Source: an uncultured Gemmatimonadales bacterium (GTDB taxonomy: Bacteria; Gemmatimonadota; Gemmatimonadetes; Gemmatimonadales; GWC2-71-9). Taken from it: a stretch of DNA of 64,000 nucleotides. How positions within the stretch are numbered: the first letter of the stretch is position 1; each line of letters begins with the position of its first letter. The position numbers and the translations under genes were made by a program. Location of the stretch: contig CAWJIM010000023.1 of NCBI GenBank assembly GCA_963842945.1, forward strand, positions 32,001-96,000. The letters run 5' to 3'. The notes under the pieces are model-generated. The model was not told the DNA's origin. It made no database searches and saw only the letters and a program-made list of their open reading frames with translations. Shown here piece by piece: positions 57,242 to 64,000 of the stretch.

Positions 57242-59953
57242 GTGAGCGGACCATCCAGGGGTACCCGCCTGCCTGTCGGCGGCATTGCGGCCATAGCCGC
57301 CTTGTATGCCGTCGGCTACTTCGTGTGGGAGCAGAGCCACTGGGGCTCCTCTGCCGTGCGCGACCTCGTCGGCAACATCGCCTTCATGCCGTTCAACCTC
57401 GGCGTGATGACCCTGTTCGCCTTGGCGTCGAGGCAGAGCATTCTGGATCCCGGGGTCCGCCGGGCCCTTCGGCTGCTGGCTTTGGGGGCGGCCATGGTCT
57501 TCATCGGCAACGCCATCTCCACCTGGTACGTCGTGGCGCTTCAGGCCAACCCTCCGGTGTCCTGGGCGGACCCTTTCTTCCTGTCGGACTCGCTGCTCAC
57601 CCTCGCCGCCCTGCTCTCATTTCCGCTGGCCCGCCGCAGCCGGCTCGAGCGCCGGAAGTTCGTGCTCGACGTTGCGATGGTGCTGGTGGGCGGCGGCGTC
57701 GCCATCTGGTACTTCTCCATTCGGCCAACAGCAGCCTCGCAGGAGAGCAGTCTGGTGGTCACCTCGCTTGCTTTCGCCTACCCCTTGGTGAGCATGCTGG
57801 TACTGCTGGGCGTCACCACGGTATTGCTGCGACAGCCTATCGATGGCAACCGGCTGGCGTTTCGCCTCCTGGTGACCGGAATCTCGGTGGGCGTCGTCGC
57901 GGACCTCACCTTTAATCTGGTGCAGCTCGAGGCGGGTGGCCGAAGCGCCAGCTGGGCCGATGGCGTGTTCCTCATCTGCTATGTGACCCTGATCTACAGC
58001 GCCGAGCTCTACTGGCGTCGCCCGGCGGCAAATCAGCCGGCAGCGTCCGTAACCGTCCGCCATCAGACGATCAGTCCCCTGCCCTACCTCGCGGTGGGCT
58101 CAACCTACGCCCTGCTGCTCTTTGTAGCGCTCCGGCCCTGGAGCGATCCCATCAGCGGCCTGGCCCTTGGAGCCTTACTGGTCACCGGCGTGGTGGTGCT
58201 GCGCCAGGTGTTGACCGTGCGGGAGAATCTCCGGCTCCTGGCCGAGCACTCGGCCCGGCAGAACGAGGCCAGGTTTCGCTCACTGGTCCAGCATTCGTCT
58301 GACGTCATCATTGTTACCCGGGCAGAGGGCACCGTTCGCTTCGTGAGTCCCTCGGCCACCCGGGTCTTCGGTTACGACCCCTCGGAGATGCTGCGCCACA
58401 GCATATCCGAGCTGCTCCACCCGGATGACCGGGAGCGAGCCGCCACCTTCTTTCGCACCGCGTCACAGTCGCCTGGCGTGACCGGGCCGGTCGAGTGGCG
58501 TTTTCGCCAGCCGGACGGCTCCTGGCTTCACGCCGAAATCCTGGCCACCAATCTCTTGCACGACCAGAGCGTCAAAGGCGTCGTCCTCAATACCCGAGAC
58601 GTGAGCGAACGCCGCCGGCTGGAGGAACAGCTCACCCACCAGGCGTTTCACGATCCGCTCACCGGCCTGGCAAACCGGGCGCTCTTTCGCGACCGGGTCA
58701 GCCACGCCCTCGCTCTGGCTCAGCGCCGGGGCACACCGGTGACTGTGCTGTATCTGGATCTGGACGACTTCAAGAACGTCAACGACAGCCTGGGTCACGG
58801 GGAGGGCGACCGGCTGCTGATCGCAACTGCGGAGCGATTCCTGGCCTGTGCCCGAAGCGCAGACACCGTGGCCCGGCTGGGCGGCGACGAGTTCGCCATC
58901 CTGATCGAGGGAGCCGACGGTCGCGACGGTCTTCCCGAGCGGCTCGCTGCCGCCATGTCGCACCCGTTCAGGCTCAGCGGCAACCAGGTGCGCGTCACCG
59001 TCAGCATCGGCGTCGCCTCGGCCTCGGCCGAGGACACCGCGGACGATCTGTTGCGGAACGCGGACATGGCGATGTACGCGGCCAAGCGGCACGGCAAGGG
59101 CCGGGCGGAAACCTACGAGTCGAGGATGTACGCCGACATCCGCGAGCGGCTCGATCTCGAGGCCGCGCTCCGGACCGCCATCGAGCAGCGGGAATTGACC
59201 CTCTTCTACCAGCCGATCGTGAACCTGCAGACCGGCGCGATGTATGGGGTGGAGGCATTACTCCGGTGGGAGCACCCGCAGTTCGGCCGGCTGCTGCCCC
59301 AGCACTTCGTTCCCCTGGCGGAAGAGACCGGCCTGATCGTTCAGCTGGGCGCCTGGGTGCTGGCCGAGGCGTGCCGCCAGCTGCAGGCCTGGAGAGCGAG
59401 CCATCCGCAGCACGCCCTGGCGGTGTCGATCAACATCTCGGGCCGGCAGCTCCAGGGAGTAGGATTGACCGAAGCGCTGCGGCAGACGCTGATCTCGTCC
59501 GGCGTGAGCCCGTCGTCTGTGATATTGGAGATCACCGAAAGCGTACTGATGCAGCAGACCGACGACATTCTGGAACGGCTGCAGCAGCTCAAGGCTCTCG
59601 GCGTCCGGCTGGCGATCGACGATTTCGGAACTGGTTATTCGTCCCTGAGCTACCTGCAGCGCTTCCCGATCGACATCCTCAAGATCGCCAAGCCGTTCGT
59701 TGAAGAAGTGGGCCAGGGCGCCGACCGCTCGGCCCTGGCCCGCGCTATCGTCGGCCTGGGCGACACGCTCAAGCTGCAAACCATCGCCGAGGGGATCGAA
59801 CGGGCCGAGCAGCGAGCCGCGCTGATCGAGCTCGGCTGCAGCCTCGGCCAGGGACACCATTTCTGGCCCGCGCTCTCGGCAGCAGCGCTGGAAGAGCTGC
59901 TCTCGACCGACCGCTTTCCCCGGCTGCGGCTGGTCGAGGGCAATGCGTCGTGA
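57242..59953 (+). CDS. Membrane-bound PAS-GGDEF-EAL diguanylate cyclase/phosphodiesterase
   Basis: Multi-TM N-terminus, PAS (LHPDD), HDPLTGLANR, ARLGGDEF, VEALLRW, IDDFGTGYSSL. Confidence 0.95.
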   Translation: MSGPSRGTRLPVGGIAAIAALYAVGYFVWEQSHWGSSAVRDLVGNIAFMPFNLGVMTLFALASRQSILDPGVRRALRLLALGAAMVFIGNAISTWYVVALQANPPVSWADPFFLSDSLLTLAALLSFPLARRSRLERRKFVLDVAMVLVGGGVAIWYFSIRPTAASQESSLVVTSLAFAYPLVSMLVLLGVTTVLLRQPIDGNRLAFRLLVTGISVGVVADLTFNLVQLEAGGRSASWADGVFLICYVTLIYSAELYWRRPAANQPAASVTVRHQTISPLPYLAVGSTYALLLFVALRPWSDPISGLALGALLVTGVVVLRQVLTVRENLRLLAEHSARQNEARFRSLVQHSSDVIIVTRAEGTVRFVSPSATRVFGYDPSEMLRHSISELLHPDDRERAATFFRTASQSPGVTGPVEWRFRQPDGSWLHAEILATNLLHDQSVKGVVLNTRDVSERRRLEEQLTHQAFHDPLTGLANRALFRDRVSHALALAQRRGTPVTVLYLDLDDFKNVNDSLGHGEGDRLLIATAERFLACARSADTVARLGGDEFAILIEGADGRDGLPERLAAAMSHPFRLSGNQVRVTVSIGVASASAEDTADDLLRNADMAMYAAKRHGKGRAETYESRMYADIRERLDLEAALRTAIEQRELTLFYQPIVNLQTGAMYGVEALLRWEHPQFGRLLPQHFVPLAEETGLIVQLGAWVLAEACRQLQAWRASHPQHALAVSINISGRQLQGVGLTEALRQTLISSGVSPSSVILEITESVLMQQTDDILERLQQLKALGVRLAIDDFGTGYSSLSYLQRFPIDILKIAKPFVEEVGQGADRSALARAIVGLGDTLKLQTIAEGIERAEQRAALIELGCSLGQGHHFWPALSAAALEELLSTDRFPRLRLVEGNAS

Positions 59954-59961
59954 GTCGCAGC

Positions 59962-60411
59962 CTACTTGCTCGGGTCGTCCGCCGGATTCACATAGGTCAT
60001 CGCGAACGGTCCCATCGCCGTCACTGATACCACGGTCGCGCCTTTAGCGGCCGCATAGTGATGCTGCTTCGCTGGTAGGGTTCCCTTGGCACCCGACTTC
60101 ATCGGCTTGGCCTTGGACAGATCCAGCGTGTCCCCCCTCCCTACCAGGAAGGTTCCCTTCTTCACCACCACGGTTTCGTCGGTGGGATGAAAGTGAGGAG
60201 CGATCTTGTAGCCGTCCGGCATGGATAGCTCGATCGTGAACGGCGCCGCCCTACTGGGATCGCCGCTGATTACCGCCATCTGTGCTCCTTTAGGGAACAC
60301 TGCCGGTGCGGGGCCCCAGGTGAGGGCGTGGGACTTGTGAGCCGCGGCCGCCTGAGCGTGGAGGGTGGCGGCCGGAAGCAGCAGACAGGCAGAGAGCAGA
60401 AGGGTGCGCAT
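59962..60411 (-). CDS. Secreted cupin-domain protein
   Basis: GGAG RBS; signal peptide; WGPAPAVFPKGAQMAVISGDPS...IAPHFHPTDETVVV...HHYA. Confidence 0.85.
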   Translation of the reverse strand: MRTLLLSACLLLPAATLHAQAAAAHKSHALTWGPAPAVFPKGAQMAVISGDPSRAAPFTIELSMPDGYKIAPHFHPTDETVVVKKGTFLVGRGDTLDLSKAKPMKSGAKGTLPAKQHHYAAAKGATVVSVTAMGPFAMTYVNPADDPSK

Positions 60412-60595
60412 ACGATCTCCAGAGCAAGTGGTAGACTGGCCCGCAGACCTCACCATCTGGGGATGCCTGAGCCGGCCGTGACGACGCACCGCGGTACGGA
60501 TTGCGGCGGGCCACGGCTTCGGCGTTGCTTGTGATTGGGGGTGCTGCGGGAGGAGGCCGAGGCAGACGTCGGCCTGACCGACCCGGGATATCCGG

Positions 60596-61567
60596 TTAGG
60601 CTGGCGGTGATGGCGCAGTCGCGAACCCCGGCGCCCTTTTCCTCCACCCACCAGGAGCCACACCTGTAGCCTTCTTGAAGGCACGGCTGAACGCGGCCTC
60701 CGAGTCGTATCCCACATCTCCGGCGATGGCGGTCATCTTGGCGTCGGTCTGGCTCAGGAGGTTGGCCGCGACCTGCATTCTCCACTGAGTCAGGTACTGC
60801 ATCGGCGGCTGTCCCACCAGCTCGACAAATCGCTTCGCCACACTGGTGCGGGATGAGTTTGCCTCCCGGGCCAGCTCCTCGAGAGTCCAGGCATGCCCCG
60901 GCCGGGCATGAATCAGCGACAACACGCGGCCCACCACCTCGTCCCGCAGTCCGGCCAGCCAGCCGGTCTGTCCCGGCGGCAGCTCCTCCAGATACCGGCG
61001 CAGCAATTCGATGAACATCAACTCCGCCAAGCGGGTGAGCACGCCGTCCGCACCGGGGCGGCCCAGCTGGGCTTCCTTGGTCACCTGGCGGGCAAAGCTG
61101 TCCAGCCAGCCGCTCGACATTCGCCGCACGTGCAGCATGCGGGGCAAGGACGCCAGCAGTGGATTGAACGGCCGATGGTCGCAACCCAGGAAACCGCAGA
61201 CGAATGAGGCGGCCAGAGGCCTGCCCCCGCTGAGGATGACCGTGTCCGGGTAGCGTTTGGGAAAGCTGGTCGTCACGTTGGGTGCGCGAAGATCTCGCCC
61301 ACTCGACATCACGTTTGGATCGCCGTGGGGAAAGACGATAACGTCTCCGGGCAACATTTCGACCGGCTCTTCTCCCATCAGCCGGACGTAGCAGCGGCCT
61401 TCTGTCAGAATGTGGTAGTTAATGAGATGCTCGGAGCGAGGCAGGATCTGGGGCTTCAGCTCTCGGGCGTGGGCCGACTCTACAATCCACGGCTCCGCCG
61501 CCTCGACCGCGTAGAAGTACGCGCCGTCCAGTCGGACCACCCGCAGCAGATCTGAGAGTGTGTCGAT
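60596..61567 (-). CDS. AraC-family regulator (Cupin_6 plus HTH, RclR-like); start codon appears to be ATC
   Basis: (I)DTLSDLLRVVRLDGAYFY...LAELMFIELLR...WTLEELAR...YLTQWRM...VGYDSEAAFSRAFKK. Confidence 0.9.
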   Translation of the reverse strand: MDTLSDLLRVVRLDGAYFYAVEAAEPWIVESAHARELKPQILPRSEHLINYHILTEGRCYVRLMGEEPVEMLPGDVIVFPHGDPNVMSSGRDLRAPNVTTSFPKRYPDTVILSGGRPLAASFVCGFLGCDHRPFNPLLASLPRMLHVRRMSSGWLDSFARQVTKEAQLGRPGADGVLTRLAELMFIELLRRYLEELPPGQTGWLAGLRDEVVGRVLSLIHARPGHAWTLEELAREANSSRTSVAKRFVELVGQPPMQYLTQWRMQVAANLLSQTDAKMTAIAGDVGYDSEAAFSRAFKKATGVAPGGWRKRAPGFATAPSPPA

Positions 61568-61604
61568 GCTATCCTCGAAGACAGTCAGTTGGGTACGTCG
61601 AAAG

Positions 61605-62513
61605 TTACCACGGTCGGGTCTCGCCGACCTTCATGATCCAGGCGCGGTCGGGTCCCCATCCCTGCCGGTCAGCCTCCGCGCGAAAGCGGCGGGCCGGCTC
61701 ATCCACGGCTTCGTCCGACAGGTCGAAAGTGCCGAAGTGCATGGCCACAATGGTCCTGGCGCCCACATCTTTCCCGATCTGGAACCCCTCCTCGGGCGTG
61801 GTGTGCACCGGTTTCATCACGGCTGCGGGAAGGTACGCCCCAATCGGGACGGTCGCGAGGTCGAACGGTCCCAGGCGGCTTCCGATCTCCTGGAAGTGGT
61901 CGGGGTATGCCGTATCACCGGCATCGTAGAATCGCCGGGTGTTGCCGCGCACTGCCCAGCCGCACCAGTGCCGCTGGTTCCGGTCCCGAAGCGAGCGGCC
62001 GGAGAAATGACGAGCCGGAACGCAGGTAATCCGCACCCCGTCGAGCTCGGTCTCCTGCCACCACTCCAGCTCGATAGCGTTGCCCCCGGCGCCGCGCACC
62101 CAGTCCGCCAACCCTCGGGGCACCACAAAGGGGACACCGGTCCGCGCAAGCTGCATGACGGTCGGACGGTCGGTATGATCGTAGTGGTCATGGGTGAGCA
62201 GAACGAAGTTCAGCCGGGGAACCGCTTCCAGCGGCAGCCCCGGCGGCACCATGCGCCGCGGACCCATGAACGAGAACGGGCTCGCTCGCTCGGAGAACAC
62301 GGGGTCCGTCATGAAGGCAACGCCATCCATGCGCACCAGGAAGGTCGAGTGCCCGATCCAGGTGAGGCTGGGATCACGAAGAATGGCCGCAGGATCGTAA
62401 GCCATCCGCTCGGCAGCGCCCGATCGCGGTCTCAGGCTTGCCCATATTCTTCTGAGGAAGAACGGCAGGGTGACGCTCAACCCGGGAAGCTCGAATTTCG
62501 AGGGAGGATTCAT
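61605..62513 (-). CDS. MBL-fold metallo-hydrolase (NAPE-PLD/RomA-like)
   Basis: TWIGHSTFL, TDPVFSERASP, LTHDHYDHTD, PARHFSGR, AGDTAY, MHFGTFDL. Confidence 0.9.
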   Translation of the reverse strand: MNPPSKFELPGLSVTLPFFLRRIWASLRPRSGAAERMAYDPAAILRDPSLTWIGHSTFLVRMDGVAFMTDPVFSERASPFSFMGPRRMVPPGLPLEAVPRLNFVLLTHDHYDHTDRPTVMQLARTGVPFVVPRGLADWVRGAGGNAIELEWWQETELDGVRITCVPARHFSGRSLRDRNQRHWCGWAVRGNTRRFYDAGDTAYPDHFQEIGSRLGPFDLATVPIGAYLPAAVMKPVHTTPEEGFQIGKDVGARTIVAMHFGTFDLSDEAVDEPARRFRAEADRQGWGPDRAWIMKVGETRPW

Positions 62514-63412
62514 TGAGGCAATATCATGTGCTCGCGTTGCTGCTGCTGGCGAGCCGGCCGATACTGGCGCAGACGGCTCCAGTCGCCAACGATCCGGTGG
62601 TCAACGATCCAGCTCGCGGTGATACGCTTTTCCCGCCCAACACGGCCGAGCTCTCCTTCCAGAGTCATGGCTCCCGGCTCAACGGCTTCTTCTATCTGGC
62701 CCAAGGCGGAGCTCCCCATCCTACGGTCATTCTGCTGCACGGCTTCCCGGGCAACGAACGCAACCTCGACGTCGCTCAGTCACTTCGCCGGGCAGGGATG
62801 AATGTGCTGTATTTCGACTATCGAGGCTCCTGGGGCAGCGCCGGGACTTTCTCCTTCGCTCATACACTCGAGGATGTGGCGTCGGCCATCGAGTTTGTCC
62901 GGTCGGATTCGAGCGTCAAGGCGTTCCGGGTCGATCCGAAACGGCTGATCCTGCTGGGCCACAGCATGGGAGGCTGGCTGTCGTTGATGGGTGCGGCCGC
63001 GGACTCGTCGATCGCCTGTTCGGTGGCCCTCGACTTCTGGAATGTGGGCGAGGATGGACGTGAGATGATAACCAACCGCGGGGCTGACTCCACCGCCACG
63101 GCTTACATCAAATCAGTCACCGCGCCCGGTGCACCACTCCGCGCCGACGGGCTCGCGCTGGTGGCCGAGATGAAAGCGCACGGGAACGAGTGGGACCCGG
63201 TACGGTCCGCCGGACTCCTCCGTGCGCATCCACTGCTTCTCATCAGTACCACAGCAAACGAGTCGCACCCGCGGCTGGTTGACGCAGTCCGCCAGTCCGG
63301 CGCCAACCTGCTGATGGCGCTGCAGTGGAAGACCGACCATGGGTTCTCGGAGCGCAGGATCCAGCTGGCTCGGACCATCGTGGGGTGGGCGGAGAAACGC
63401 TGCGTGAGGTGA
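62513..63412 (+). CDS. Secreted alpha/beta hydrolase
   Basis: Signal peptide; LLHGFPGNERNLD, DYRGSWGS, GHSMGG nucleophile elbow, TDHGFS. Confidence 0.88.
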   Translation: MRQYHVLALLLLASRPILAQTAPVANDPVVNDPARGDTLFPPNTAELSFQSHGSRLNGFFYLAQGGAPHPTVILLHGFPGNERNLDVAQSLRRAGMNVLYFDYRGSWGSAGTFSFAHTLEDVASAIEFVRSDSSVKAFRVDPKRLILLGHSMGGWLSLMGAAADSSIACSVALDFWNVGEDGREMITNRGADSTATAYIKSVTAPGAPLRADGLALVAEMKAHGNEWDPVRSAGLLRAHPLLLISTTANESHPRLVDAVRQSGANLLMALQWKTDHGFSERRIQLARTIVGWAEKRCVR

Positions 63413-63576
63413 ACCTCGGGCCTGGCCGGGCCTCTAACGCACTTTAGTTCTTCCCTGTAAGTCCTTGAAACGCAAAGGACTAACCATCTGTGCTGTAAGT
63501 CACTTCGAACCTCGCTCCAGGTACTTACTTTTGAGCGTCTTCTCATCACAGTCACTATTCTCAACGAGTTGAACTG

Positions 63577-64000
63577 GTGCTCCTGGCCCGGATCTGCTCC
63601 CTACTTCGCTGTGCCCCGCTCCCTCGGCGTCGAGCCGATTGGCGCGGACTCGTGCTGTTGCTTGCGACTGGGTGCGCGGGCAGCGACTTGATGCTGCCCA
63701 GCAGCGGCGGGTCCAACACAGTCATGAGAGTGGTGGCTGGAGACAGTCTGACCGGGCAGGTGGGAGAGCTGCTCGGTCCGGTGGTGGTGGAGGTGACCGA
63801 CTCCGACAGTCAGCCAATCGCCGGGGCCGACGTAGAATTCGTGTTCACGTCCGCCGGCGCGGGCGGTGAGATTCACCCGCCCAGTACCACCACGGACGAG
63901 TCTGGCCGGGCGGAAGCGCAGCTGTTGTTGGGTGACAAGATCGGCGTCCAGACCGGAGAGGCCCGTCTCGTGGTGGACGGCGCGATTGCATCGAAGGCGG
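63577..64000 (+). CDS. Ig-like (Big_1-type) domain lipoprotein, N-terminal part (runs off window end; start uncertain)
   Basis: Manual translation LVLLLATGCAGSDL...VVAGDSLTGQVGELLGPVVVEVTDSDSQPIAGADVEF...TTTDESGRA. Confidence 0.72.
   Translation, partial: MLLARICSLLRCAPLPRRRADWRGLVLLLATGCAGSDLMLPSSGGSNTVMRVVAGDSLTGQVGELLGPVVVEVTDSDSQPIAGADVEFVFTSAGAGGEIHPPSTTTDESGRAEAQLLLGDKIGVQTGEARLVVDGAIASKA

Overview
High-GC bacterial chromosome segment, most likely Gemmatimonadota. The taxonomy is inferred from memory of an N-terminal RpoC insertion and from gene content, not from a search. 1-12.3 kb is the core rpoC'-rpoB-rplL-rplJ-rplA-rplK-nusG-secE-rpmG-tuf cluster with four tRNAs and cysS. It is followed by mscS, a DUF1611/AI-2E/pspA envelope-stress operon, two paralogous secreted proteins, a DPP-IV peptidase, a sulfocyanin-like lipoprotein, uvrA, a TPR-macrodomain-ABC exporter-threonine aldolase operon, mtnA-glpK-carbonic anhydrase, recF-dciA-gyrB, a Gld-like ABC system, pdp, a truncated kdpD-kdpE pair facing a KimA-like K+ transporter, a LytS/LytTR pair, a PAS-GGDEF-EAL protein, and several hydrolases and regulators. 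Most genes in 1-30 kb carry frameshifts, including essential ones, while 30.6-64 kb is almost clean. I read this as indel sequencing error, so coordinates of frameshifted genes are reconstructed and approximate. I saw no CRISPR array, transposase, integrase or phage gene. Best leads: (i) a Psp-like operon with two PspB-like paralogues, a CesT-fold protein and a SigW-like promoter; (ii) a sensor-less KdpD/KdpE pair apparently wired to a KimA-type transporter through an 11-bp tandem repeat; (iii) a family of intergenic palindromes built from heptamer repeats; (iv) a degenerate macrodomain coupled to a TPR protein and an ABC exporter. None can be called undescribed without database searches.
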